Assembly: GCF_963921235.1 (NCBI RefSeq)
Contig: NC_086109.1
Coordinates: 20,524,001 to 20,588,000 of the forward strand
Source: Mobula hypostoma
Taxonomy: Eukaryota
DNA: 64,000 nucleotides
Reading direction: 5' to 3'
Position 1 is the first letter of the stretch. Each line of letters opens with the position of its first letter. Positions 1 to 12,695 of this stretch are shown piece after piece. The translations under genes and the position numbers were made by a program. The notes beneath the pieces are model-generated. The model was given only the letters and a program-made list of their open reading frames with translations, did not search any database and was not told the origin of the DNA.

Positions 1-9
1 CCTGAATGC

Positions 10-1050
10 AGGTCAGTGACGAGAGATGTGCCTCAGGGATTGGCGCTGTATCTCCTGCTGTTTGTCAAGTATATCAATAACAATTTGGAAGAGAATTTAG
101 GTGGCATGTTCAGGAAGTTGGCAGATGACAGTGAGGAAGGTTCCCTAAAGTTACAACAGGATCTAGATCAACTGGAAAAATGGACAAAGGAGTGGCAGAT
201 GGAATTTAACTCAGACAGTGTCAAGTGTTTTAGCAAATTAAACCAGGACAGAACTTGCACATTAAACAGGGCCCTGGCTAGTGTTGTAGAACAGAGAGGC
301 CTTGGGGTGTAACTGAATAGATTCCTGAAATTGTCAACGTAGATGGACAAAGGAAGAAGCAGCCTTCATCAGCTAGGGCACTGAAAACATGAGTTCAAAT
401 GTCATGTTATAAACACAAGACATTCTGCGGATGCTGGAAATCCACAAAATCTGGAGGAACTCAGCAAGTCAGGCAGCATCTATGGAGAGGAATAAACGGT
501 CGATGTTTTGAGCGTGATCCTTCATTAGGACTGAAGGGCCTGGACTCAGGACCCTTCATTGTCATGTCATAGCTATATATGGCTGTATGTGACCACACTT
601 GGAATATTGTGTACAGTTCTGAATGTAAGAATAGATGTGATTAAATTAGGGTACAGAAAAGTTTCCCATAGGCATTGCTGAGACTAAAAGGCTTGAGTTA
701 TGAGAGACTGGACAGGCTGGGACTAGGACTATTTTCCCTGTAGGAAGAGGCTGAGGGATGATATAACGGAGGTATATAAAGTCATGAAGGACTTGGGTAA
801 GTTTTTTCAAGGGGAGTGGAGTGTAAAACTAGAGGGTACAGGTTTAAGGAGTGAGGCAGAGGGCAGTAGCTACATAGCATAAGTCAGAGGAGGTGGTAGA
901 GGCAGAAACAACTATGTTTTAAAAGAGCATTTGGATGTTTATCAATGGGAACGATTTAGAGGAATATAGGTTAAATGCAGGTAAATAGGATTGGCCAGGA
1001 AGGCAGCTTGGTCAGTGTGGACAGGTCAGTCTAAAGATCTCTTTAACTCT
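10..1050 (+). mobile_element. Degenerate CR1 LINE 3' fragment (RT C-terminal part), interrupted by a Penelope terminal fragment at ~412-560
   Basis: ORF 16..312 has VPQG, KLADD and LQQDLDQLEKWTKEWQMEFN; downstream gaccacacttggaatattgtgtacagttctg (RPHLEYCVQFW-like); many stops and frameshifts. Confidence 0.85.
412..535 (-). mobile_element. Penelope-derived terminal repeat fragment with decayed hammerhead motif
   Basis: Matches the terminus of the Penelope element at 34578-34720 (ctgcggatgctggaaatcc...ggcagcatctatggagagg). Confidence 0.7.
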
Positions 1051-1189
1051 ATAATTCAAGAAGTGTCATCAGACAAGGTTTGGCATTGAACTTAAGAAGA
1101 AGATATTAATTGCTATGTCGGTGCCAGAACCCTGGTGACAGAAAGTAGTGGATGCAGCCCAGGCAAGAATTCACATCCAAAATAGGACA

Positions 1190-2240
1190 ATATTAATACT
1201 TGTGTTAGACTGCTGTTTATTGAATACAGCTTAGCGTTTTATACAATCATTCCTACCAGTCTGATCAAAAAGCTCCAAAACCTGGGGCTCTCGACCTCCC
1301 TCTGCAACTGGATCCTCGACTTTCTCACAGGAAGATCAGAATCTGTGTGGATCAGAAATAACACCTCTACCTCGCTGATAATCGATACAGGCGTACTTCA
1401 AAACTGTGCGCTTAACCCACTGCTCTACTCTCTCTACACCCATGACTGTGTGGCTAGGCACAGCTCAAATGCCATCTGTGAATTTGCTGACAATGCGGTG
1501 AACGTTGGCACAGTTTCAGATGGTGACGTGAAGGTGTACAGGAGCAAGATATATGAGCTAGTGGAGTGGTGTCACAGCAACAACCCTGTACTCAATGTCA
1601 GTAAGACCAAAGAACTGATTGAGGACTTCAGAAAGGGTAAGACAAGGGAACACACACAAGTCCTCATAGAGTGATCAGAAGTGGAGAGTGTGAACAATTT
1701 CAAGTTCCTGGGTGGCAACTTCTCTGTAGGTCTATCCTGGGCCCAACATATTGATGCATTTAAAAAAAGAATGCACAACAGCAGCTATATTTCATTAGGA
1801 GTTTGAGGAGATTTGGCATGTCACCGAAGACATTCACAAATTTCTCCAGAGAGATTGTGGAGAGCATTCAAACTGGCTGCATCACTGTCTAGTATGGGGG
1901 TGGGGTGGGGGCACTGCACAGGATCAAGATAAGCTGCAGAAAGTTGTAAACTCAATGATAGGCACGAGCCTCTCTAACCTGCAGGACACCTTCGAGGAAC
2001 AATGCCTCAAAAAGGCAGTATCCATCATTAAGGATACCCATCCCCCCAGGACATGCCCTCTTCCTATTGCTACCCTCAGGGAGGAGGTACAGGAGCCTGA
2101 AGGTTTACACTTAACCCATGAACACTACTTAACTTAATGTTTTACACTAATATAAATGTATATATAAAACTGTGATTCACAGTTTTTATTAGTTTGTATT
2201 GCTCCCACAAAACAACAAATTTCACAATATGCTGGTGATA
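1190..2240 (+). mobile_element. Rex1/Babar-clade LINE RT fragment with 3' tail
   Basis: [41 protein letters not shown]; 3' end aaacctggttctgattc; homologous to 56855-58088. Confidence 0.88.
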
Positions 2241-2254
2241 TTAAACCTGGTTCT

Positions 2255-2870
2255 GATTCAACCTAACGCTGGTAAAGCCATCCCCACGAATGAGCACATC
2301 TGCAGGGAGTGCTGCCACAGGAAAGCAGCATCCATCTTCAAGGACCCCCACCATCCAGGCCATGAGCTCTTCTCACTGCAGCCGTCAGGAAGGAGGTACG
2401 GGAGCCTTGGGTCCCACACCACCAGGTTCAGGAACAGTTATTACCCCTCAGCCAACAGGCTCCTGAACCAGTGCGGACAGCTTCACTCACCTCAACACTG
2501 AACACAACCCATGGGCTCACTTTCAAGGATTCTACAACACACGTTCTTTGAATTATTAATTTGCCATTATTACTGTATTTCCACAGATTGTCTTCTTTTA
2601 CACGTTGGTTTGTCAGTCTTTGTACTTAGTTTTTTAAATTAATTGTATTTCTTTGCTCTGCTGTGAGTGGCTGAAGAAAATGAATCTCGGGGTAGGATAT
2701 GGTGACATATACTATCCATACTTCGATAACAAATTTACTTTGACTTTGACACACATGGGCTGCCCCCAGCACAATGCTCGGACTATGATGGTCGTTGACA
2801 CAAACGACGCATTTCACTGTGTGTTTCGATGTTTGATGGACGTGTGACAAATAAAGCTAATCTAAATCTA
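2255..2870 (+). mobile_element. Rex1-type LINE 3' fragments
   Basis: KAASIFKDPHHPGHELFSLQPSGRRYGSLGSHTTRFRNSYYP followed by 3' UTR tails. Confidence 0.8.
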
Positions 2871-2989
2871 CTACATGACAAAGCTGTCTTGCTTTACGAG
2901 GGAATTGCTGGAAAGGCCAGCATTCATCGTCCGTCCCTATTTACCTCTGATGTGAGTATTTTTCTCAAAGACAACTAAAGTCAATCTCA

Positions 2990-3490
2990 CTAGTGTTCAG
3001 AGGGTTCACAGGAGGTTCACAAGGATGATTCTGGGAATGAAAGTGTTATCATACGAGGAACATTTGATAGCTCTGGGTCTGTACTCGCTGGAATTTAGGA
3101 GGATGCTGGGGGTCTCATTGAAAGCTTTCAAATGTTGAAAGGCCTAGACAGAGTAGATGTGGAAAGAACGTTTCCCATGCTGGGGGTGTCCAGGACAAAA
3201 GGGCACAGCCTCAGGATGGGGGGGGGGGTCCATTCAAAACAGAGATGTGGAAATATTTCTATAGACAGAGGGTTGTGAATTTGTGGAAATTATTGCCACA
3301 GGCAGATGTAGAGGCCAAGTCGTTAGGTGTGTTTAAGGTCGAGCTTGATAGGCTGTTAATTGGACACAGCATCAAAGGTTACGGGGAGTGGAGATGGAGA
3401 GGGGGAGAAAGGATCAGCCATGATTGAATGGCGGAGCAGACTCGAGGGGCCAAATGGCCTAATTCTGCTCCTATGTCATATAGTCTTATA
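2990..3490 (+). mobile_element. CR1 LINE 3' end
   Basis: RRFTRMILG, LGLYSLEFRR, RVVNLWKLLPQ, EAKSLGVFK; tail matches 43680-43760. Confidence 0.88.
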
Positions 3491-4664
3491 ATGCGTCTGG
3501 ACTCCTGTATCACTCAAATAGATGGTCTTCCCTGAGTGACACAAATGAACAAGGTGGATTTTTACAACAATCTGTTGGGTTTAAGGTAATCATTTCTAAT
3601 CCCAGGTTTTCATCCCAAATATACTTAATTACTTGGTGCTGTAGTGGGACTGAAACTTGTTTTTGTGAATCAGTAACTCTTGGTCAAAGTAGTAGGTTTT
3701 GGGAAGTATTTTAAAGGAGGAAAGTGTATTAGAGAGGATGGAAAGATTTATGGATGGAATTCCATTCATAGGGTCCAGACAGATAATTCAAACTTCAGTC
3801 AGTGGTGCAAATGCTGAAAGACCCAGATTTATGGGACCAGACAAGCTTTGGAGATCTGAGAGTGAGGTATAACAGAGGGCGAAAGATTTGCTCAAAAAAA
3901 TGGATGAGCTTGTTGGTCTGTTCCAGTTCCGGGCTAATTCTCATGCGATAGAGAGTGTAAAGGTCTTCAGGATGAGTTGCGTCCAAGCCAACAAACTTCA
4001 GTTTGTTAATTAATGCAGAATGTTTCCCTCCGCCTCAAAAAAAAAGCTCTGCTACAGCAGAACAGCCATAAATCCAGTCCAAATCAGTCTACCGGAACAG
4101 TCTCAGGGACAAGGATCACCTCCTGACAATTTCATATTTCAAAACTGATTACAATTTTGACAGTCACAATTTTGGCACCACTAAAGCTTAGAGGAAGCTT
4201 GCAATATTAGGAAGACTTTGAACCTTCCCCCACCCCCAACCCCACGTGTAAACTTGAAGCCCTTTGCAGTTGTGAAAGAAGATTAATTTTACATTGATAT
4301 ATTCTTTTTAAACCCTTACCCTCAGTTATTCTGTCAGTTAATTTTTTTTTTTCGGTTCAGTAACCTGCGAAGCCTTGACTGCAATTTCCAATGCAGCTTA
4401 TCACATTTTACCCTCTGTGTGATGAGGTTTCACCTAATCCATTAATTACAGTGACATCATGGCTTCTTCATCGTGTTTATCCACCTCTGCTTAACTTGAG
4501 ACCTGGTGAAGCCGAACTCAGGTTATGCATACATACTTCCAAATATCCCTTCCCCTCAAACCTTCCATACAACACCCATCTCTAGGCCGCCTTCCGATGT
4601 GAGGATAACACTTCTCTTCCCTTGCAACTTTGATTCTTCACCATATCCTAAAACCTGCATGTCT

Positions 4665-5083
4665 TCTACATACATGACACGAAGGTTGGGGATTTGGTGG
4701 ATAGTGTAGAAGGCCATTGTAGGATACGGTGGAACATTGATAGGATGAAGAGCTTGGCTGAGAAATGACAAATGGAGTTCAACCTGGAAAAGAGTGAAGT
4801 GATGCACTTTGGAATGTTGAACTTTGGGTGGCAGGATTCTTAGCAGTGTGGAGGAACAGAGGGATCTTGGGGTTCATGTCCATAGAGCCTTCAGAATTGT
4901 CAGGCAAGGTAATAGGATGATTAAGGAGTCGTATGGTGTATTGGCACTTATAGTCAGGGGATTAAATTCAAGAGCCGGGAGATAATTTTGCAGATCTATA
5001 AAACTTTGGTTCGACCACACTTGGAGTATTGCGTCAGTTCTAGTGGCCTCATTTCCAGAAGGATGTGGAAGCTTTAGAGAGGA
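4665..5083 (+). mobile_element. CR1 LINE RT fragment
   Basis: caaatggagttcaacctggaaaagagtgaagtgatgcactttgg and gaccacacttggagtattgc; homologous to 32000-33000. Confidence 0.82.
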
Positions 5084-5248
5084 AACTTCTACATTTGAAA
5101 ACTTCTACAGATGTACGGTGGAGAAGACTCTGACAGGCTGAAACACTGTCTAGTATTGTGGGGTGGGGTGGGGGGGTGCTGCTAATGCATAGGATTGAAA
5201 GAAGCTACAAAAAGTTGTAAAATTAGTCAGTTCCATCTTGGGTACTAG

Positions 5249-5880
5249 ATTAGGCTATGAGGACACTCAGTCCTCGTTTATTGTCATTTTGAAATGCATG
5301 TATGCATTAAGAAATGATAGAATGTTCCTTCAGAGTGATATCACAAAAAAAACAAAGACTAACACTGACAAGACCACATAATTATAACATATAGTTACAG
5401 CAGTGCAAAGCAATACCATAATTTGATAAAGAGCAGACTATGGGAATGGTTAAAAAAAAAGTCTCAAAGTCCCGATCAACTCCAGATAGTCCCCGATAGC
5501 AGGCAGCAGAAGGGAGAAACTCCAGGCGCTGACAATTATCGATGCATTGGAAGCACCCGACCAGAGCCGACTCTGAGTCCGTCCGAAAACTTCGAGCCTT
5601 TGACATCGAGCACCATCTCTGCGGAGCGCTTGGACCCCGTCCCGACCGCCGAGCAACAAGCAATGCTGAGGACTCGGGGCCTTGCCCTCTGGAGATTCTG
5701 GATCACACAGTAACAGTGTCAGCGATAAAGGCATTTCAGAAGTTTCTCCAGATGTTCCTCCATTCTCTCACATCTGTCTCCATCAAATCAGGATTGTGCA
5801 TGGCCCCCTACTTGACAGATTACAGATATCATTCACCGGAGTGGCCGCGCAAGCTGCGTCACGCCGCCATCTTCTCCTCC
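5249..5880 (-). mobile_element. Non-autonomous LINE-mobilised element (~630 bp), copy 1
   Basis: Reverse complement is homologous to 36795-37398: 5' ggaggagaagatggcggcg, gcacaatcctgatttgatggagacag, 3' acaataaa.gaggactg.gtgtcctc. Confidence 0.8.
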
Positions 5881-6159
5881 TCCTCTGTAGTATCCAAGAC
5901 ATTTTCAAAGAGCAGTGCCTCAGAAAGGCAGTATCCATTATTAAGGATCGCCATCACCCAGGACATGCCCTCTTCTCATTGTTACTGTTGGGAAGAAAGT
6001 ACAAAAGCCTGAAGACACACACTCAGTAATTTAAGAACGGATTCTTCCCCTCTGCCATCCGATTCCAAAATGGACATTGAACCTCACCTTTTTTTAAAAT
6101 TTTATTTCTGTTTTTGCACTATTTTTAATTCAATTATTTAATATACATATATATACTCA

Positions 6160-6468
6160 TGTTGGTGCGTGGCCAAGTGGTTAAGGTGTTCGTCTAGTGA
6201 TCTGAAGGTCACTAGTTCGAGCCTTGGCTGAGGCAGCGTGTGTGTCCTTGAGCAAGGCACTTAACCACACATTGCTCTGCAACGACACCAGTGCCAAGCT
6301 GTATCGGTCCTAGTGCCCTTCCCTTGGACAACATGGGTGGCGTGGAGAGGGGAGACTTGCAGCATGGGCAACTGCCAGTCTTCCATACAACCTTGCCCAG
6401 GCCTGCGCTCTGGAAACCTTCCAAGGCGCAAATCCATGGTCTCATGAGACTAACGGATGCCTAAAAAA
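6160..6468 (+). mobile_element. tRNA-derived SINE with CORE-like central domain
   Basis: A box tggccaagtgg, B box gttcgagcc, CORE-like gtgtgtccttgagcaaggcacttaac, A-tail; 13-bp TSD atatatatactca at 6147-6159 and 6469-6481. Confidence 0.9.
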
Positions 6469-6675
6469 ATATATATACTCACTGTAATTTACTTATTTTT
6501 TTCTCTCTATATTAGCAGGTATTGCATTGTACTGCTACCACTAAGTTAACAAATTTCACAGCATCTACTGGTTATACTAAAAATGACTCTGATTCTGAGG
6601 ATGCAGCGGAGATATACCAGGATGCAGGCAAAGAGGAAAGATGACCTGGATTAGAGGACATGTCTGATATGGAAA

Positions 6676-7011
6676 GACCATAAGACATAGGAGCAGAATT
6701 AGCACACTTGGCCCATCGAGACTACTCCGCCATTCCATGATGGCTGATTTATTCCTCTCAACCCCATTCCCCCACCTTCTCCCAGTAACCTTTAATGCCT
6801 TGACTAATCAAGAACCTATCAAACTTTGTTTTAAATATACTCAATAACTTGGCCTCCAAGGGCATCTGTGACAATGAATTGCACAGATTCACCACTCTCT
6901 GGCTTCTCATCTCTGTTCTAAGTGGATGTCCCTTTATTCTGAGGCTGTGCCCTCTGGTCCTAGACTCCCCCACCATAGGAAACGTCCTTTCCACATACAC
7001 ACTTCCTAGGT
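6676..7011 (-). mobile_element. CR1 LINE 3' end
   Basis: ORF 6758..7024 has FPMVGESRTRGHSLRIKG...RVVNLCNSL; tail gaccataagacatagg. Confidence 0.88.
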
Positions 7012-7924
7012 CAGTAGTTCTCAACGTGGGCCATGCCAGATTTCATAGAGGCCACAAGTAAAACAACAAGAAACTGGGGGCCACAGGAACTTCTGAGAAG
7101 GCTATGATAAGTTCATTGTTTTAATGAAATATTACTAAAATATATAAATAAGAGAGAAATGAATATATGTAATTTAGTTGGAACCCTGAATGAAATGAAT
7201 GGGAAAGCTTGCTAGCTAATGCAAGTGAGGCAGCAAACAGCTTAGCCTGGGGTGGGGGGTGTCACATCAATCGTTATCTCTGCTCCTGTTTGACCATGCA
7301 CAAATCACTGTTCCTGCCCTGCATTGTGGCCCACTGAGCCCCTCACCATATCCACCCCTAAACCACTGATTATACAGTGAGCACGATTCCCTGCGGTGTG
7401 CACCACCAGCTAGTGATTATGATTATTTTATATAGATAAGTACATATTAATAAGGAACCATCTAATTCCAACTAAAAGTCTGTCAGAAGTTGACTGGTTT
7501 TCCATATCAAACCTCTTATCAGAAGGGGATTAATATGGAAAGTCTGGCATGGCTGGTGTTGTAGTAATCTCGTTAAAACGGTTATGAATACTGTATCACA
7601 CGTAAACTGCAGATTGGACGGGGTTGTCTTCAGCAAGGCTATCAGTGAGTGTGCAGCAGGAGGCTGGTTCTGTGGGTCCTCCATTGACCCATGCATGTTA
7701 TAATACTTATAAAACGTGACAGGAAGCCTGCAGTTAATGCAGTGGCGTTATCCTCCAGAAATGGCTAAGCTGCCGAGAGACAAGAACGTGTAAAGTCTCT
7801 CACTGCATCACCATCTACCACTACAACTTCCCTTGGACAACATGGCAAAATTATGGCAAGTTTCTAAATATCAAAAAAATTACTATGAAGAACAGTAAAG
7901 AGTAAAAGAAACTAAATCAAATCA

Positions 7925-9036
7925 ATTTTCGATGTGACCACTCTTTGCCTTTAAAACTGTATTAACTCTCTGGCGTGCAGTTTTACAAGAAAATTGACTG
8001 GTAGGTTTTTCCAAGCATCTCAGAGAACTTGCAACAGTTTTTCCTGCGACTTTGGCTGTCTCACTTACTTTTGCTCTCCAAGTAATCCCAGGCAGCTTCA
8101 ATGGTGTTGCGATCAACAGAGTCCATACCATCTATTGCAGAACTCCTTGTTCTTCATTCTGCTGAAAATAGTTCTTTATGACCTTGGCTATGTGTGTGGG
8201 GTCATTGTCCTGCTGCAGAATAAAGTTGGGACCAATCAGATGCCTTCCTGATGGTATTGTGTGATGGATGCAAACCTGCATGTACTTCTCAGCATTGAGG
8301 ATTCCACTAATTCTGACCAGATCACCAAATCCATTTGCAGAAATTCAGCCCTCAAACCTGCAGGGAAACTCCACTGTGCTTCACTGTTGCCTGCAGACTC
8401 TCATCCATGTAGCGCTCTCCAGCTCTTTGACAGACAAACTGCCTCCTGCTTGAGCCAAGAATTTCAAATTTTGATTCGTCAGTCCAGAGCACTTAACCCC
8501 AGTCCTCATATTTTTTTTGTGCGTGGGTGACTCCATTGGAGAAATGGCCTTCGGGCAGCATCTCTTCCACGAAAAGCACTTCTGACAAGACCCCTCCGGA
8601 CTGTAGAGGGGTGTACTCGGGTTCCAGTGGTTTCTGTGAATTCAAAGCTGAAAGTAGTGCTGGACTTCTTCCGATTTAGATGAGACATCAGTTTGATGTA
8701 TTTCTCGTCTGCTACACTCAGTTTCCATGGCTGAGCACTGCATTTCTGGTTGTCAACCTTGCCTGTTTTTTTTGTGCTTCTTCAGGGCTACAGTGTATAC
8801 CTATATATATATATATATAAAAAATAAAGTTTTTATTTAAAAAGTGGTCATTACATAACATGTTACTTTCTTTAACGAACTACAAAAATTTCTCTGTAAC
8901 ACATTTTTTGTAAAATGAATGTTTGAAAATCTAAGTTTGCTCTATTTGACTGACACACTCATGCAGAGGACAAAAAAACCTAAAGCAAAACTTATATTTA
9001 AAAATCTAGAGTTCCTAGGACTTTTGCACAGTACTG
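7925..9036 (-). mobile_element. Degenerate Tc1-family DNA transposon
   Basis: End cttttgcacagtactg followed by TA at 9037; HPSTVRRGLVRSAFRGRDAARRPFL (Tc3_2-type HTH region); DDE-region remnants at 8050-8460. Confidence 0.8.
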
Positions 9037-9339
9037 TATAATAGCATTTTTAAAACAATATATTTATGACATATATTTAAGAACTGCCTAAAAACATGAG
9101 AAAATCTGTAGATACTGGAAATCCCAAGCAACACACACAAAATGCTGGAGGAATTTTGCTGACGTGCTCAGTTCATCCAGCATTTTGTGTGAAGTGCCTA
9201 AAAAGCTAGTTTTATTTTTACATGTATATAAAATACCGATACCTTTTCATGTGAGATTATACTTATTATAATTCTTTGACGTTTGCTAATTTTCTGTTGA
9301 GCCTACTCACACAGTTGTATTGTTGTTACCGTTGGTATC

Positions 9340-10368
9340 ACTCAACACCACACACACACAAATTTTTTTCTCATCCCTTACGGGCATTTTCCCTTCAATC
9401 TCGGGTCCTCTATCAGAGGGCTGGGAGCTTGAGAGTTTGCCGCAGTACCCTTGCTGTTCCTAGTAACAGGCTTTCTGGACTGAGATCTCAGATATTGTTC
9501 CCGGGATTTGTTGGAGCCACTCTCCCAGTCCAGAGTCACAACTCCAAGAGCTCCTATCACCACTGGGATTACTTTGGCTTTACCTTCCAGATCCTTTCTA
9601 TCTGCTCCTTCAAGCCCTGCTATTTCTCCAGCTTCTCAGATTCTTTCTTCCTGATGTTACTGTCATTTGGGATTGCCACATTTATGACTATTGCTTTCTT
9701 CTGTTCCTTGTCCAGTATGACTATGTCTGGTTGGTTGGCCAGTACCTGATCATCAGTCTGTATGTGGAAGTCCCACAGGATTTTAGCTCTGTCATTCTCC
9801 ACTAGCGTCTCGGGTGTTTCCCATTTGGACTTGGGAATGTCCGATCCATACCCAACGTAGATGTTCCTGTACATAATTCCTGCAACTTGGTCAGTGTATG
9901 CTGTCCCTGCCTGCATCTTGCACCCTGCTACTTTGTGCTGGATGGTTGCAGCGGATTCCTTGCACAGTCTGCATCTTGGGTCTTGCCTGGTGTGATAGAC
10001 CCCTGCTTCTATTGCTCTCGTGCTCAGTGCTTGTTCTTGTGCAGCCATGAGCAGTGCCTCTGTGCTGTCCCTCAGCCCTGTCATTTCCAGCCATTGGTAG
10101 GACTTTCCTCTGTCGGCCACCTCTTTTTTTTGTAATTCAAATTTTTATTATTATTTATTCTTATTTTACAAAGCAGCACATCATGTCGTAGAGCAGGTAG
10201 AGTACAGCATTGTCCTGCCATGGCCTCTGGTCCTCTGGCTCTGCTTCACCCACTTCCATTTCTATATCCCCCACCTGCTGTCTGAGGTATTCGACTAACA
10301 GGTCGTCCTTAGAGACCACCTTCCTGACATACTCATGGATGTTTCGCATTTCTTCCATGGATGAGACT
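9340..10368 (-). mobile_element. R4/Dong(Rex6)-clade non-LTR retrotransposon 3' fragment with zinc knuckle and restriction-like endonuclease
   Basis: ORF 9620..10120: CRLC...H..AGC (CCHC), LWDFHIQTD, NQPDIVILDK, INVAIP, KESEKLEK; continues VVIGALG. Confidence 0.85.
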
Positions 10369-10419
10369 GGACAACATGGAAAAATATATATATAATATTT
10401 AAGTTTCCTTTTTTTTAGA

Positions 10420-11885
10420 TAAGATTACCCATGGCTATTACAGCAAACAAAGAATGTCAGCAATACTCCATTGAGTATCTTGCCAATAGTTTTATTCCAT
10501 CCTAAAGGGCAAAAGGATGCCACCATGTCAAATTTGTATGGCAACATTTCATATGAAAGTATGCGGCCATGTAAGCTGCGGAAGCACTTGGAGATAGCGC
10601 ATAAGGACAAGATACTGGATTACTTTAAAAAAACTACATGATAATTTTCAATCCAGGCAGACAGTAAAGCAAATGTTCTGTGGAGAAGGTTTACTTGCGT
10701 CCTATGAGATTTCAAACTTAATTGCAAAAGCTGGCAAGCCACAAAATATATAGGCGAGTCATTGATTCTGCCTGTTGTTTCTGTTGTAATTTCTATCGTT
10801 ATGAATAAGAATGCATATGAAACTATGCAAGCCATCCCCTTGAGAAGCTCATCAGTATCAAGGCATATTAATGAAATGTCAGATGATGTGGAAAATTAGT
10901 TGCACGACTGCAAATTAAGAAGTTTGCCCTGGAAATTGATGAAAGCACATTGTGTGATAATGAAGCCTTTCCGATGACATATAGTATGTTAGGTTTTTGA
11001 AGGATGACAGACCAGCAAGGAATGCTTTTCAAAAGCTTCAGACAGATGCCAACAGTGAAACTGTAATAGCTTGTGCAACTGCTAGTCCTGAATCCTGATG
11101 AAGGGTCTCAGCCGGACACGTCGACTGTACCTCTTCCTATAGATGCTGCCTGGCCTGCTGCGTTCACCAGCATTTTTTGTGTGTGAAATTCTAGCATCTG
11201 CAGATTTCCTCGTGTTTACAACTGCTAGTGCTGCTTCTATGGTTCAAAGATACAGAGGATTCATTGCTCCTTTAAAAAATGCTGTGCCTGAAGCTTTTTG
11301 AATACACTATGTCATCTATCATCAGCATTTGGTTCCAAAAACAAAATTGGGAGGATGCTTGCACGATACTGTTGCTGTTGTGATCATGGCTGTCAACTTC
11401 ATCAAATCAAATGCACTTCAAGATCAACAACTTTTTGAGGAACACGAAGATGATTTTGAACGGCTATTAATGCATACAGAGGTACGAAGGTTATCAAAAG
11501 GTAATTGCCTTCATCCCTTTGGTACATTTTGGGTTAGTATTCTGGCATTTCTAGGTGATATGCAGCTTGGAGAGCAAGTTGTTGATATACTTGAAAAGCT
11601 GAATTTATTAATCAAATAGTTGCAAGAAAAAAGTGGCAATTTCATATGTGAAGAGGCTATTGCTGCTTTTCTTGGAAAATTCGGGTTTTTCAGCAGCTAT
11701 ATTATACAGTTTCCATCACTGGCTACTCTTAAACCAGAATTTCAAGATGATGATCTGATTGTATATCTTGATCATTTGAAACAACTGCACACCAATATGG
11801 AATTTCGGTTTTGAAGCCTGCTGGAGATAAATATTCCAGATTGGGTGGTGGATCCATTTGGGGTGAATGTGAATGATGTTGGCAC
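10420..11885 (+). mobile_element. hAT Charlie/Buster (ZBED5/ZBED8/SCAND3-like) transposase pseudogene
   Basis: MRPCKLRKHLE, AKAGKPQNIGESLILP, LEIDEST, VNFIKSNAL, LLMHTEVRRLSKGNCL, PDWVVDPF; many disruptions. Confidence 0.85.
11087..11218 (+). mobile_element. 132-bp solo Penelope terminal repeat with hammerhead remnant
   Basis: 11-bp TSD caactgctagt at 11076-11086 and 11219-11229; CTGATGA-agggtctcagcc-GGACA-CGTC-gact. Confidence 0.85.
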
Positions 11886-11887
11886 CA

Positions 11888-12695
11888 CTTGGATGTTAAG
11901 CTCCCAAATATGATCTTCCTTCAGCCACGTCTCAGTGATGCCCACAATGTTATAGATGCCAGTCTCTTGCTGCGCTACAAGATAATCTATCTTATTCCAT
12001 ATATTGGGTGCATTCAAATATAACACCTTCAGTCTTGTATTCATTACCTTTTTTCAGTTTTTCCCTATGCTACACTTCACCTCATCCCACCAGCTGCAAT
12101 TTTGCATTGTCATCTGCCTCTCCATCCTCTCAGTCTCACTACACACCGCATCAACTTGTATATCAACTGCCCCATCACTTCAGTCCCCACCCCACTGCCA
12201 AGTTAGTTTAAACCTTCCCCAACAGCTGTAGCAATCCCGCCTGTAAGGATTTTGGTTTTCCCACAAGTTCATGTGTTACCTGACCTTTTTGTACACGTTA
12301 TACCTTCTACAGAAGAGATTGCAATGATCCGGAATTCTGAAACCCTATCTCCCCACCCCACCACTTCCTCTGCTACTCAGTCATCTGTACTACCATTGTA
12401 TTCCCGCCCTAACCATCACGTGGTACTGGGAGTAGTCCAGAAGGTCCTGCCCTTCAGCCTCTTTTCTAACTCCCTACACAGATTGTGCAGGACCTCCTCC
12501 TGCCTTTCTACCTACCGTATATCATTGGTGTCAATGTGAACCACCAGCTCTGGTTACTCACCCTCCCTCTTGCGAATCTTGTGCAGCTGCTCTGAGACAT
12601 CCTGCACCTTAGTACCTGGAAGACAACACACCATCCTGGCTTCTGTTTCACATCCACGGAATCTCCTGTCTGGACCCTACCTAAACTGGAGAGCA
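11888..12695 (-). mobile_element. CR1 LINE internal fragment: ORF1 esterase-like region and start of ORF2 AP endonuclease
   Basis: LKVLYLNAPNIWNKID...IVGITETWL (APE N-terminus); upstream RMVCCLPGTKVQDVSEQL...VVHIDTND (SGNH-type ORF1). Confidence 0.82.

Larger units (their letters stand above)
5085..6600 (+). mobile_element. Rex1-type LINE 3' part, split by two younger insertions (5249-5880 and 6160-6468)
   Basis: ccatcttgggtactag|...|cctctgtagtatccaagac rejoins as in 26041-26080; QDIFKEQCLRKAVSIIKD; tail gactctgattctga. Confidence 0.82.

Noticed and set aside
5382..6029. Overlapping 93-156-aa ORFs
   Set aside because: They arise from the GC-rich non-autonomous repeat and are not preserved in the second copy at 36795-37398.
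6160..6235. tRNA gene
   Set aside because: The A/B boxes continue into a CORE-like body and A-tail with a TSD, so it is a SINE head.
10420..11885. Domesticated ZBED/SCAND-type gene
   Set aside because: Multiple stops, frameshifts and a TE insertion in a catalytic motif indicate a dead transposon.
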